From assembly GCA_040437565.1 (NCBI GenBank), contig JBDOQK010000068.1, forward strand, positions 62,001 through 126,000: a stretch of 64,000 nt of DNA, written 5' to 3'. The position numbers were made by a program, and so were the translations under genes. Shown here one piece after another: positions 37,638 to 50,405 of this stretch; positions within the stretch are counted from its first letter, which is position 1, and the number at the start of each line of letters is the position of its first letter. Below the pieces are notes generated by a model. It was not told the DNA's origin. It did no database searches and was given only the letters and a program-made list of their open reading frames with translations. The stretch is from Albugo candida (Eukaryota).

Positions 37638-38835
37638 ATGGAAGTTGATGACGATGTTTTCTCCGCAATCAAACCACGAGATCGACCCGCTCCAAGACTA
37701 CCTGACGGTTTGTATCCTGGCACAAGCGATTTACGCTTTGTGGATCCTCCTGATACCTTCCAAAAAGAGCAAAAAGCGTTTTATAGTCGTAAGGCCTCCA
37801 TGCCGTCATTACCCCAGGCCCCAGTAACAGGGAGGCTCACTGATGACTCAAAGCAGATATTATCTGCTCGACCTCGCCCTAAGCTTATGGATGATTGGTC
37901 CTTATTGCCGTCTTTCGATATGCCGAACGATTTAGGAGGAAAATTGTACTCGGAAGCGAACTCGGAGCCCGAACAAGAAGATGGCCTCCGCAGCCATATG
38001 AATGAGTATGTAATGAACAGGTCTCAGATACAGGATCTGGAAAGTCAGAATCATGATAAAGTCGATTCCATCGATGCTGTGACAAAGAATATCAAGGAGA
38101 AATCACAGGCCTTCGCTAATGAGGAATGGAAAGCTACAGAAGCTTCAGGCTTTTGTGCATGTTCCACCGAATGGGAGGATTTTCGAAAAGATATGGAAGT
38201 ATGCTTTCGTCAGATAGAAGAGATGATTAATCTGCATCGAGAGTATTTTAGTTTACACGCACCGGACGGTCTTCCGCTTTTAGAGCCTGCAATGGAGAAG
38301 AGAGTTCTGAACCATTCTATTCTAACATTCAATAAGCTCGAACATTTGCGTGCTCAATTTCACGAGCTTGCCATTCCAATGGCTCCAAAACAATCCTCTC
38401 TCAGAAGAAACAAGAACGATGATGTTACGAGTGACAATGGCGGTAAGAAATCAGTTCGAATATGTCGAGATGGTGGCTCTACATGTCAAAGTCGGAGAAT
38501 ACCAACGAATTTAGGCGACAAGCAAGAGCAGACAATTTACCCCATGAAAGCACAACCAGGAAACGGTATGTAAGCAGCTCCGTCTCTTTGTTACATCCGC
38601 TGAAAAGATTTTAGAATGGAGTAGGCGTTTAGAGGAGATCAAGCGCTCGCTGACTGCTGTCATAATTGCAAAGAAGCAGCATGGTGGGCAATCTGAACCT
38701 TCCGGAGAGAATACGAGTACATTCAGGGACAGTTGCATGCAAACAGAGCCACTGCCGATATCCTCCGAGCTATTCAATAAGCGATATAATCAGCTTTTGC
38801 ACAGGTGGAATTCCGGGTCTAGCGGTCCATTATAA
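37638..38835 (+). CDS. Hypothetical protein, 2 exons (5' part duplicated at gap 37326-37425)
   Basis: ORF of more than 300 codons; GT-AG intron near 38567-38615 leads to a terminal exon ending TAA 38833-38835. Confidence 0.6.
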
Positions 38836-38935
38836 AAGCTTAAGACACACAGGCCTACAACTCTTAAGCCAAGTCTCCCATAATAGAACATATCTATTGA
38901 CCGGTCGTTCGCCTTTTCCATACTACTCCGCTGTG

Positions 38936-40570
38936 ATGAGTGCATCCCGTATCACCGTTATCGCTGGCGACGCGACCGAAAGCGTAAATCTTACTTTGCA
39001 TCCTACCGAAAGCTTCCCACCCAAAGGCCTGAGCAACACGAGAGGTTCTAATGTAAATCGACCGTTAAATACAAAATGGAGACAGCAGACCTTACGAAAG
39101 TGGGAGCCGATGCTGTCTCTTCCTCTCAGCATTCTTACTTGTCTGTTGACCGGACTTATATGCTCCGCGCTGGGGTATCTCATTCTCGCTGCCTCAGAGA
39201 GCAAAATCTCGCATCGTATCGAGTACGACGCCGGATCCGATACCAATACATCCGATCGAAGAGGAGCTGTTGCCGAGCAAAAACATGGAAGCGTAATGGA
39301 CATCGATAAATGTCGTTTGGACACTTCAGACCAAGCCAACTCGTTCCACGCGAATCACACGTGCTNNNNNNNNNNNNNNNNNNNNNNNNNNNNNNNNNNN
39401 NNNNNNNNNNNNNNNNNNNNNNNNNNNNNNNNNNNNNNNNNNNNNNNNNNNNNNNNNNNNNNNNNCGGACTTATATGCTCCGCGCTGGGGTATCTCATTC
39501 TCGCTGCCTCAGAGAGCAAAATCTCGCATCGTATCGAGTACGACGCCGGATCCGATACCAATACATCCGATCGAAGAGGAGCTGTTGCCGAGCAAAAACA
39601 TGGAAGCGTAATGGACATCGATAAATGTCGTTTGGACACTTCAGACCAAGCCAACTCGTTCCACGCGAATCACACGTGCTTTGTGAAGAGCACACTCCGC
39701 CATACGATTCTTGACCAAGCGTACATCTTCTACGAGCTACAAGGATACTATCAGAATCATCGACGATTCATGAGTTCTGTGATACGCACGCAATTTACCG
39801 ACGAATGGCGGCCTGGAATTAATACGAATTGCGCTCCATTGGTCTCCGCTCAGTCTTCCTACTGCTTTGAAGGCAATTGTGACCCAGAGACTATAGACAC
39901 GCGTGAGCTATTTCCCTGTGGAATCGTAGCAAATACGATGTTTAACGATATATTTTGGCTTCATTATGGTCTACTACCGACGGGCGAGGTCTTAGGCCCA
40001 ACTGATCTCATCCATCATGGGATTGCAAGGCGTTATCCCTCGCACAATATGAAGAATCCGACTTGGTATCCACCGTCCGCTACATTCCTTCCGATCTGGA
40101 ACAATCCGAATATGAGCCGTATCATTCCTTCCCCGTTAGACCTCAATATCACACCGCAGATCACAGACGATTATACAAACAGCACAGCTTGGGTTGTCGA
40201 TCCACGAGATCCGTATAAAGGAAGCGGTGTGGGTCTGGAGAATGAGCATTGGAGAGTTTGGGTCGAACTTGCAGCAACACAGCCTTTCTGGAAACCTTTT
40301 GGCAAAATCAATCGAACACTTCCGAATGGGACGGTTTTGATCTTTGCGGTGCAATCCAACTTTTACGTTCGATCGTTTGGCGGATCCAAGGCGCTCATCA
40401 TCAGCGACCTCGCATGGTTTGGCAACAGAAACCATACACTTGGTGCATTTTTCATCGGCGTGGGTGTCATTTTCCTTCTCGCTTGGGTTCTTTTTACTGC
40501 ACGATGGATCAGAGGATCTCGTCGACTCGGAGACGCAGCTTCGTTGGCTTGGAAACACAAGACGAAATAG
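38936..40570 (+). CDS. CDC50: CDC50/LEM3 family P4-ATPase beta subunit (spans gap 39366-39465)
   Basis: WRQQTL, FYELQGYYQNHRRF, PCGIVANTMFND, NEHWRVW, FGGSKALI, WFGNRNHTLG; two TMs. Confidence 0.93.
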   Translation: MSASRITVIAGDATESVNLTLHPTESFPPKGLSNTRGSNVNRPLNTKWRQQTLRKWEPMLSLPLSILTCLLTGLICSALGYLILAASESKISHRIEYDAGSDTNTSDRRGAVAEQKHGSVMDIDKCRLDTSDQANSFHANHTCXXXXXXXXXXXXXXXXXXXXXXXXXXXXXXXXXXGLICSALGYLILAASESKISHRIEYDAGSDTNTSDRRGAVAEQKHGSVMDIDKCRLDTSDQANSFHANHTCFVKSTLRHTILDQAYIFYELQGYYQNHRRFMSSVIRTQFTDEWRPGINTNCAPLVSAQSSYCFEGNCDPETIDTRELFPCGIVANTMFNDIFWLHYGLLPTGEVLGPTDLIHHGIARRYPSHNMKNPTWYPPSATFLPIWNNPNMSRIIPSPLDLNITPQITDDYTNSTAWVVDPRDPYKGSGVGLENEHWRVWVELAATQPFWKPFGKINRTLPNGTVLIFAVQSNFYVRSFGGSKALIISDLAWFGNRNHTLGAFFIGVGVIFLLAWVLFTARWIRGSRRLGDAASLAWKHKTK

Positions 40571-40621
40571 ACAATCAACTGAACAGGATTTGTATTGCAT
40601 ATCGCTTGAGAATTGTCTACG

Positions 40622-41291
40622 TTATCCGCTGATATGAGCGCCCGCTGGCCAGTTTTTGAGATCGACGAGCTCCAGCCACGAGTTTGTGTGAATTCCCTTC
40701 TTCCGAAACCAATTGTCGAAATCCTGTAATGATACCATTTGTGTCATTAAAGTCACTTCATAGGTCTCCTCTTGTTCCTTGCTTTCGCTCAGAGTGTCGC
40801 TGGCATTATCGGAATCGTCTGACGACATAAACGCTTTCATAACTGCTTGTGCACCCAACTGAGCTGAATATCGTGTAATCTCTCCGCTGAATGAGCAACT
40901 GATTCCATAGAGTCCCATAAGAAATGCCGTCAGACTGTCCTGAAGCGCATCAGAGCTCACATTCGCATCGGAAGCGATCTCTGACGAGCCTGGAGCCGCT
41001 AAAAGTCGACTGCTGCACTTGAGCTTCTCCAGCATTGTTCCTCCGCACAATAAAAGCATTCCACTTAATAACCACTTGACATTGATATTCTTTTCGGTAC
41101 AACGCGATTTTTCCGAGTGCCTGGAGCCTTCATCGTGCACAAAGGCTTCACAGAGCATGTAGAGAAGGTCAATGGATTCTTCAGAGAGTGGCAGTAATGA
41201 CGCGTTTGATGGTTGTCTTTCCCTATTGACGGGACAACAGATCTCTATCGCACGAGTCACGCATTCACTGGAGGTAGTGTGTGTGTCACAT

Positions 41292-41325
<34 letters not shown>

Positions 41326-44300
41326 TTCCAGCGTCAAGTTGGAGTTGTAGACCGTGAACGAGATCTTGAGCCGTCATTCGATGCAGTTGTGTTTCCGAGA
41401 CGAACGATTCCAATCGNNNNNNNNNNNNNNNNNNNNNNNNNNNNNNNNNNNNNNNNNNNNNNNNNNNNNNNNNNNNNNNNNNNNNNNNNNNNNNNNNNNN
41501 NNNNNNNNNNNNNNNNACGAGCCTGGAGCCGCTAAAAGTCGACTGCTGCACTTGAGCTTCTCCAGCATTGTTCCTCCGCACAGTAAAAGCATTCCACTTA
41601 ATAACCACTTGATATTGATATTCTTTTCGGTACAACACGATTTTTCCGAGTGCCTGGAGCCTTCATTGTGCACAAAGGCTTCACAGAGCATGTAGAGAAG
41701 GTCAATGGATTCTTCAGAGAGTGGCAGTAATGACGCGTTTGATGGTTGTCTTTCCCTATTGACGGGGCAACAGATCTCTATCGCACGAGTGACGCATTCA
41801 CTGGAGGTAGTGTGTTTGTCACATCCTGAGCCTGAGCCTGTTCCAGCGTCAAGTTGGAGTTGTAGACCGTGAACGAGATCTTGAGCCGTCATTCGATGCA
41901 GTTGTGTTTCCAAGACGAACGATTCCAATCGTAAGAGATCTTCGCTGAAGAATTGTAACTCGGCAGCATTCTCTGCTGTTGCAAAAACCAGTAGAGGAGC
42001 ATCCGACAATGTGGAAATCGGTCGGTAGGAGAGCACATGACCGCTGTCTCTCGTTATACGTGTGGGAGAGTTCTTGAACGGCTCCAGCGCGATATCGCTT
42101 TGCCGCACATGCACTCGATTGATTCTCTTCTCTGGCGAGCTCATTCGTTCCATATTGATCGATACTGTCATTTTGCGTGTTTTTATGTTGGAAATCGCGG
42201 GTATTTCCTCGTCGGTGTGTGTCGGTGACTTTGTTGTTTTCTTGGGCTCCGTATGTGATTGCTGCTCCCATTTCGCTACATCGAGAAGTTCCACCCAAGA
42301 GATCATTTGATACCCTCCTTTATTGTACCATTCTCCAAACTGCTCGAATGTGATTCGATTCCGCGTCCTCGAGATTAAAGTAGAGCCTCGTTTCGCATCT
42401 GCTCCATTTTCATTGTTCAAAAAATCGCTCAACACTTCTTCAATGAACTCATCGGCCTCGATATACATCCGCTCCATTCCAAGTCGATACGTTACATCGC
42501 TGAGCGCCATCAGTGCCAGTAAGAACGATCGAAGGAATAGGAACATGGCGGGTTGCGATAAGCTGTTGAGTGCTTTCATTCGGGTACGATTCGGTCGTGT
42601 GTCACTGATCTCAATCGATGGATTCGGTCCTCCTCTGTGTCCTTGCTGGAGCATATTCGCGACGAATTCGAATGCCAACTCCAATTTATGGCTTTTGGAT
42701 CCTTTCCCGAGGATACTCAGCCCACACGCGAGTTCCATTACGCTCACTTGATTCACTCCTTTTCGATCAAAACTGTTGTAAATGCGAGATAAAAGCTTTG
42801 AAGCGAGTTGTTGAGCTTTCTCGGAATCTGGTTTGTTGGGTATCACGCTTCGAATGCATTCATAAAACCGCTTCCGAGAGATATAAAGCTTCCCCCTCTC
42901 TTCGTTGACGTGCGAATACGACGTAGGAAGGGATGCTTCTTCATTTCTGCAGGCAATTGGTGTCGTGTACGCGACGACAGCGTCAAATATCTCTCCTAAA
43001 GGGACATCCGGCAGCTTTGTTTCGTTCAGCATTGTGAGGTAGCTGGAGATGTCGCTTTCAGAGAAATGTAAAATATTGTTCTCTTCAGAGATATCGAACG
43101 CATAAACGGGCGGAGCTTGCTGTCGTGTGGCGTTGAATGCTTGAGCCGCTGGCCATTTCGTCAGATCAAGTAATTCGAGCCAGGGACAGCTGATGTAGCC
43201 TCCAGCTCCATACCACGCTGCAAATTCCTCCAGAGAAATATAATCCGCGTGCTTGCATTTGGTTTGGATAAAGACCTTTGAAATGAGCTCACTTGCGTAT
43301 TGACCGGCGATAGAGCTGGTGTTCCATTCGTCGACATTCTCGGAATTGGATCTCGCCGAATAAGCTGAAAATGCGAATAAGACAGCCAGAATGGATCGAA
43401 ACATATCGAATAAATGTCGACGATGAACGTATCCTTCTTTGTGGCTGAACAAGCGGAAGAGGAGGCTCAATTTGGGACCTTTTGACGTGCCGCAGAATAC
43501 ACTCAGACCCGCGACGAGCTGGGCGAGATGAACAGAGCTTGAAGTAGCTAGCATCGAGCTTCGTTGTCCTTCTTTGTTCTCGGACGATTCCTCGGCATCA
43601 ACGATCGTTTCTATCTCAAACATAAAGTAGATTCGAAGCATGTGGAAAGACAAGAATTCTTGCTCTTCTTTGACCAGAGATTTCGCCGAAACAAGACTTC
43701 GTACGGCCATCAGGTATCCCTTCTTTGACATTTGATTCTTTCGAGCATGCGCTTTTAATCGGTCGAGTAAATCGTTGCAGCTCATCGATCTCAATTCAAG
43801 TCGTTCAGAGATTGTGTAGACAATCGCGACATCTTTGAGTCGAATTTGGAGCGTGACTTTCCCATCGACCTCCGAGTGGAATTGAAATGCGACAGTTTGT
43901 ATGTCCGTATTGAGAGCCTGCGCATTTCCATTTTGATCCGTGAGCTCATCCGATGTGCTGGTAGGAAGCTTGGCCGTGGATTTCACTTGATCTGCTTCGA
44001 GGGCTTCCGAGCTATAGCGCTCATTCTCCGAATGAATCGACCACGTTTGATCGGTTGAAATGCTAGCTCGCTTGTCGTCCTTTTCCGAAAAGCTTTTAGG
44101 CGTTTGACTCTTCCCCGTATCTGTGGAGGATGCACGATAAGTTCGACCGTCTTCCTGTGTTACGTACTGCATCGCCGCATTTTGCCGCCGTGTGAATTTG
44201 AGTATGGCGTCTCTAACATTTGACGGCACTTCAGGCCACTTTTTGGCGTCTAAAAGCTCGATCCACGCGATTATATTGTACCCGTGCATTGAGTACCATT

Positions 44301-47137
44301 GTGCGAATGCATCAAACGATACAACATCATTTCCCGCTTTTTCTGATGTCATTTCCATTGACCTCCTCTCCGTGTGAACGGCGGATGGTATCGATCGTAC
44401 CTCTTGATCAAGGGAACATCGTGATGCTGCATTCTGGAGCACAAATCTTGGGTTTTCCAGCGTTGCTCGTGTGTCTTTGAAAATCATATTCGTGATGCAG
44501 ATGGAGGCCGAGTCCACAATATTCGCAAGCGCTTGGGCCGATAGATCGCAGCCATTTCCAAGGACCAAAAGTAGCGTCATGAAAGACCTCAGAAATCTCC
44601 ACATTTCGCGGCGTGTAAGGCTTCCATCTCGATCAACATCAAACAACCGGAACGCGAATGCCAGCTTTTCACTCTTTGATCCAGCAAAGAAGAGCGAGAA
44701 AGAAGACACAAGCTCCTTCAAATCAACTTTTCCCGTTCCAGCTCGATTGAATGCAAAGTAAATTCGAGACATGGAGCTCAAAAAGGCCGGATATACTTGA
44801 GCGGAAAAGCTCAAAGATTTTCGGAACGTTTTGCTGAGCTGTGCTTCTCGTAGACATCTCTTTGCCGATGCGGGTAACAGATCTTGTATGCAAGCATCAA
44901 ACGTATCTTTGTCCATGCTTTTAGCGACAGAACGAACGCTCCAAGACGGACAATTAGACGGTCCAAAAAAAGGTGTGAAGACCTCGAGTAGGCGGGATAA
45001 GCTCACTTGATCAAACTTGGTCACCCTTTGCAGCTCAAAGTAACTCAATAAGTCTCCATTGTCCAGGCACAGAGCTGAAAAAGGTCTTTTCCCAGTCTCG
45101 CCACCGCCAACTTCGATGTCAACTGGTAGATCGAATTCCAAGATGATATCATGTTTCAATACAATCCCAGGCAATGTGGAGGAATCTTTGTGATGTTGTG
45201 AATGCTCATCCATTTCCAACAACAGCAATGGGTCTTCTTCCTTGGCCTCATCCTTCGCCCAATTCTCTTCTGACCGTTTTGCAAACGTGAAACACGATCG
45301 TACTGGAGTGGTATCAAGCAAATCAACTTGAAAAGCTTGTGACACAAAAGCCCATTTTCTAAGATCGAGTAATTCCAACCAGCTGATAGCCTTGAATCCT
45401 CCCGAGTTGTACCACGCTCCAAAGTCCGCAAATGTGAATTCTTCGCCCCAATTTTGTGTCGTAATTGTATGCTCAACGTTTTGACCCTCGTTTCTATTCA
45501 AATCTTCATGAATGCCTTCGGTGATATTCTCGAGTATTTCTTGCTCTCCAGTATCCACGAGATCGAAAATAGAGCCGTGACGTACAATGACGCCATCAGA
45601 AGGTGGAGACAAGAATAATAGCATGATCAGTATAGATCGTAAGAAGCGCCATAATTGCTGAGAATTGAGGTAGCCTTTGCCATCAACGTCGAAAAAGTAG
45701 AAAGCAGCCGCTAATTTATCGCTTTTGGAGCCCCAAGTGAACAAGCTGAACCCTGCAGCCAGCTCTATAGCATCGACATGCTGCAGCTTCGTGGTTGTGA
45801 AAGATTTAAAAACATCAAGAATCAGGTCGCTGAAGCCGTCTTTTCGTGGTGGATTGGAGGTTGTTCGGCTCAAGAGCTCCTCAACAATACGAAAAAACGT
45901 TTTCTCCTCTAAAAGCCCGTCCTCTGTATGCCTCAGAAACGTCTCATAAATCATATTGGGAGTCATACGCGTCCAGCACGTCCACTTTACAATGTCGAAA
46001 AGCGTCTCTGCTGCTGTGCTCGTGATCGCTAAAGTGCCTCCATCCACACCTGAAAATATAAATGTCAAATCTGGCTTGGGTGTGCTTCTCGCCGAAACAT
46101 CCTCTTTCTCTCCCTTTCCTTGGACCTCATGAGATTGCTCTCCTTTTTCTTCATCATCCCAATCAACCTGAATAAGAGCACTCTCCACTGAAGGAGTATG
46201 TGAGGTAGTATGCATGGGGCTTGAAATTCCATTCGATCGCTTTGACTTGGGCCATTGGGTCGTGTCGATGTACTTGAGCCAAGGAACAACAACATCAGGT
46301 TCCAAATCCTCCAAACACGACCAAAGCTGACCAAAAGTGACGCTCTCTGAGTTCTGATGTTTGAAAATATGAGCTACCGTGTTCCTCAGACAGTGAATGA
46401 CTACATCATTCGTGGAGATAAGTGACATTGTATCGACATTTTCTTGTTCGAAAATGGCGATAATAGATAGTAATAAGCAATGTAAGGCTTCTTGAAGAAC
46501 ATTAGCTCGAATGATACGGCTGCATCGCTCTTCCGGTCGTTCAAAGAGCGCCAATTCGATTGCTGTGTCCAATTTGCTCTCCAAGTCTCCGGGTAATAAA
46601 ACCAACGTCGCAATGAATAGCTATGAAAGGCTCTCTTAAATCTCTTGTCTTATTACAAATATAAAGTGTACCTCCTTTCCGCTCTTCTTTGCGACTTGAG
46701 AAAATGTCATATACATTCTCTTCAAAACTGTCTCAATGGGTCGAAATGATTCGCCGGGTTTCAAAGGAAGTAAGAACTCGTAGAATGCGGTCAGGTAAGC
46801 GTCAAAGGTGCTTTCTTGTTGCGTCAGAAACGTCGAAATATCATTTTCTGATCTTTTTATCTGTTTGAGGCGTTTTTGAGCCTCGTGGATCGTAAAGTGA
46901 TGCACTAAAAAGAAAGTCAAAGCGATAAAACGGAAGCTTTGACGATAGAGACGTACATTGGGAGGCTACGAGCGCGTTCTGAATCGTGACAGCGCGTTTT
47001 GCCTGGATGGTGAGAGATCTTTGAGCAATTTCATGAACGAAAGGAAGCTCTAGATCAATGTCTGCGTCAATTGAAGAAAGCGAGACTGGAAGAGGCTGAT
47101 GCGTCGGGGAAGACGCTAGAGATGTCAACGTGCTCAT
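40622..47137 (-). CDS. Giant (roughly 2000 aa) protein of tandem recoverin/calcineurin-B-like EF-hand modules
   Basis: 1743-codon ORF plus two short upstream exons; EF loops DVDGKGYLNSQQ and DVDRDGSLTRRE; repeated WxELLDxxKW motif. Confidence 0.8.
41292..41321. repeat. Coding hexanucleotide microsatellite (CCTGAG)5 encoding Gly-Ser repeats
   Basis: Five copies here, two copies in the overlap copy near 41825-41836. Confidence 0.9.
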
Positions 47138-48162
47138 CACTTATACTTCTACTGATTCAGCAGACTATGGACTTGATGAAGCAGCGCAAAGCAGACTCTT
47201 TTTGTAGCGATAATCTTGCAAAGCGTCGGACTCAGCACGACCTAGCTAATGTGATAATACGTGAGAATACATAGAGCGTGCTATGCTAACTTTACAAATA
47301 TTCGATACGATATGTTGTATTAGTTTATACACGCTAGCATATAATATAATGTTATCTGGAATGATTGTAGATTAGATATGAGCAACCTGTAGATGAAGTC
47401 GGGTGATCTTTTCCTTGAATGATCGGTGTAAGCCTGCAATGACACCGTTTCTGGGAGACGATATGCAATGGGATGATTTCACAGCTACCCTTACATCTAA
47501 NNNNNNNNNNNNNNNNNNNNNNNNNNNNNNNNNNNNNNNNNNNNNNNNNNNNNNNNNNNNNNNNNNNNNNNNNNNNNNNNNNNNNNNNNNNNNNNNNNNN
47601 ATTGAAGAAAGCGAGACTGGAAGAGGCTGATGCGTCGGGGAAGACGCTAGAGATGTCAACGTGCTCATCACTTATACTTCTACTGATTCAGCAGACTATG
47701 GACTTGATGAAGCAGCGCAAAGCAGACTCTTTTTGTAGCGATAATCTTGCAAAGCGTCGGACTCAGCACGACCTAGCTAATGTGATAATACGTGAGAATA
47801 CATAGAGCGTGCTATGCTAACTTTACAAATATTCGATACGATATGTTGTATTAGTTTATACACGCTAGCATATAATATAATGTTATCTGGAATGATTGTA
47901 GATTAGATATGAGCAACCTGTAGATGAAGTCGGGTGATCTTTTCCTTGAATGATCGGTGTAAGCCTGCAATGACACCGTTTCTGGGAGACGATATGCAAT
48001 GGGATGATTTCACAGCTACCCTTACATCTAAGTCCACCGCAACTTAATTCCTTCGTAAATAAATGCTATATATACGATTAGGATCCTTTCGATGCTGAAA
48101 ATAAGCTTTTTATTTTTGTAACGTGAGCATCGAGACTCTAGCTTCATTGTCATTTTACTTGA

Positions 48163-48936
48163 ATGAGTCCATTACGACGAGGATTGAGAAGTCATTTAAA
48201 CAAGCGATTTACTGATTTCTTCCTTACAAAACCGCCCACAACAATTCCAATCATACGTCAGCCCTTTGCTGCCCGAAAATCCACGAGTTTTAGCGGAATG
48301 TATGTACTCCCACCTCGACCGGCATTTCCATCGCTGCGTCCATCCATTAGTAAGGACATTGAGGCTATTTTTCGACAGGTTGATCGAAACAATGATGGAA
48401 TGATTTCAAAAGAGGAATTTCGTGCTTGTATCGTGTCACATTTTGGGCTGAATAGTTCAAAAGATGGAGAAACATCACATGAAAACGTAGTGACGCGGCC
48501 TACAAATCAGCAACTTCGACTTGTGATGTTAGGCTCTGCTATACCTTTTGTTGGATTTGGGCTGGTCGATAACATTATACTGCTTGCAGCTGGGGATATG
48601 ATCGAAGATTACTTTCACGGTGCGTATCACATTTCGATTCTGTGCGCAGCGGCACTCGGGAATACAGTATCCGATGTCATTGGACTGAGTTTGGGAGGCG
48701 TAATTGAGCAATTTGCTCGTAAAATTGGTATACCCGATCCCAATTTGTCCAAGAAGCAGGCTAATATGGCCATTACCCACTGGTGCAACTTTTTTGCGTC
48801 CGCTATCGGTATCACTGTCGGTTGTCTTCTTGGTATGGTTCCACTTTTATTCATGGATCGTGATGGTGAGAAGCTGAAAGTAAAGAAAGAAAGCGGGGCA
48901 TCCGTATCGTCACTTCGAATAGAACTCGCTTCATAA
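48163..48936 (+). CDS. TMEM65: TMEM65-family mitochondrial membrane protein with an N-terminal EF-hand
   Basis: AIPFVGFGLVDN, AGDMIE, AAALGNTVSD, GITVGCLLGMVPL; EF loop DRNNDGMISKEE; Arg-rich presequence. Confidence 0.88.
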   Translation: MSPLRRGLRSHLNKRFTDFFLTKPPTTIPIIRQPFAARKSTSFSGMYVLPPRPAFPSLRPSISKDIEAIFRQVDRNNDGMISKEEFRACIVSHFGLNSSKDGETSHENVVTRPTNQQLRLVMLGSAIPFVGFGLVDNIILLAAGDMIEDYFHGAYHISILCAAALGNTVSDVIGLSLGGVIEQFARKIGIPDPNLSKKQANMAITHWCNFFASAIGITVGCLLGMVPLLFMDRDGEKLKVKKESGASVSSLRIELAS

Positions 48937-49472
48937 ATAGGAACTATTTGTTGACTTGTCATCTATTGGCAAAGTTTCAGACATAGTAATCGGATGTTTC
49001 GAAGTCGGCGATAACAATTGCTTCAAAATGTGGCGGACGTGGAGGCAGAGTGGAAACTCTGTAGATTGTGCAGAAAAATTGCCAAGATCTCTTAGCAGCC
49101 ATTAAGGAGTCAATCGATGTTAGCCAATTGTTACACATTCCCGTCGTTGTCTCGATCTTCCACTTTGACATATTTCTTGCTGACGTTGAAGGCATTGTAA
49201 GACATACAATACATCTAATAAGAAGCTAAAGCCAAAAGCGGGACAGAAGCAGTCAAACGAGGCTTTGTGAAAGGCAAACAGAGCTCGGATTCAAATTATA
49301 TTTATAAAGGCGACGATGACTATCGGTAATAGCATCTTCCATAATGTATGACTCTGAACAAGTCAAAGCATATCAGAAAACATCGGTCGCTCTTCTTTCT
49401 CAACATTGGAGAGCGATTTGCTATACAGTAGTCGATCCGGTGCTTTGAAGACGAAGATTTGCAGACTTGAAT

Positions 49473-50405
49473 TTACTTGCGATTTTCAAGGTCATACAGA
49501 AACGGGCGTTTCTCCATTTTGTCGGTCGTTTGCTGTCGCTCAGCATATAACACATAATGTTGCACGATAAATACGGTGTCGACCAGAATACTTACAAAAC
49601 CCAGTCCAAACTTGACAGGATTCCCAGTCAACGCTCCCCAGTCATTTGTCGACCAGCTATCCAGTGCCTGTTGTCCAAAAGATAAGAATCCACCGGCAAT
49701 ATCCAAAAGGACATTCCAAATAGTCCATCCCACAGTTGACTGGCGACTCTGATTCAGTAGAATTTGCGGAATGTTTTTGGTCAATGTTGTGCATAGTTTG
49801 ACATAACTCAAGAGATATAATAAATTGATAACTTTGAAAAAAGAGCAGTGTTCATTGCCACTGATCCAGATCGTCATACCAAATATCACACTGGTAAGAA
49901 TCGTTCCGCTCGTCCAGGTGAGAGTCGCTTTGCTTACGCGTTGATTACCCCGTGGGTAAATCATACATTGATACAATGAGACTGCTATGAGCAATGTAGC
50001 ATGCAACGAAAAGAATACGTCGTTCAACTCAACGGCATTACGATTCCCATGATGCTGTTCCATGTATTGCTTCTGCACAGTGCTGCTGTAGTAAAATGCG
50101 CAATTAAATGCCGCGTAGCACGAAAACCCAAGCAGATTGAGAACTGTGTAATCCAGCGAAAGCCCAACAACTGTTTTACGCTGATAATTCAGTATAATTT
50201 GGGGATAAAAGCTGATACTCCAGCACATAAAGTAAATCCATCCGATGATCGACGAAATCCGATTGTAAGGCTTCGGAATATTCTGATTTGCATCCAAAAG
50301 AAGCCCAAGAACTACTCCCGTAAGCAGAATAAGCGCAGATACCGATAGAACACGAACTCTCTCCGACGGATATCCATTCACAGATTCTATATCGTAAAAA
50401 TTCAT
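49473..50405 (-). CDS. CTNS: Cystinosin (PQ-loop lysosomal cystine transporter)
   Basis: GWIYFMCWSISFYPQ, VGLSLDY, NDVFFSLHA, IPQ, STVGWTIWNVLLDIAGG, GNPVKFGLG, QHYVLY. Confidence 0.92.
   Translation of the reverse strand: MNFYDIESVNGYPSERVRVLSVSALILLTGVVLGLLLDANQNIPKPYNRISSIIGWIYFMCWSISFYPQIILNYQRKTVVGLSLDYTVLNLLGFSCYAAFNCAFYYSSTVQKQYMEQHHGNRNAVELNDVFFSLHATLLIAVSLYQCMIYPRGNQRVSKATLTWTSGTILTSVIFGMTIWISGNEHCSFFKVINLLYLLSYVKLCTTLTKNIPQILLNQSRQSTVGWTIWNVLLDIAGGFLSFGQQALDSWSTNDWGALTGNPVKFGLGFVSILVDTVFIVQHYVLYAERQQTTDKMEKRPFLYDLENRK

Noticed and set aside
38666-38935. N-terminal extension of CDC50 in the ORF track
   Set aside because: Non-ATG start overlapping the last exon of the upstream gene; the first in-frame ATG near the conserved region is 38936
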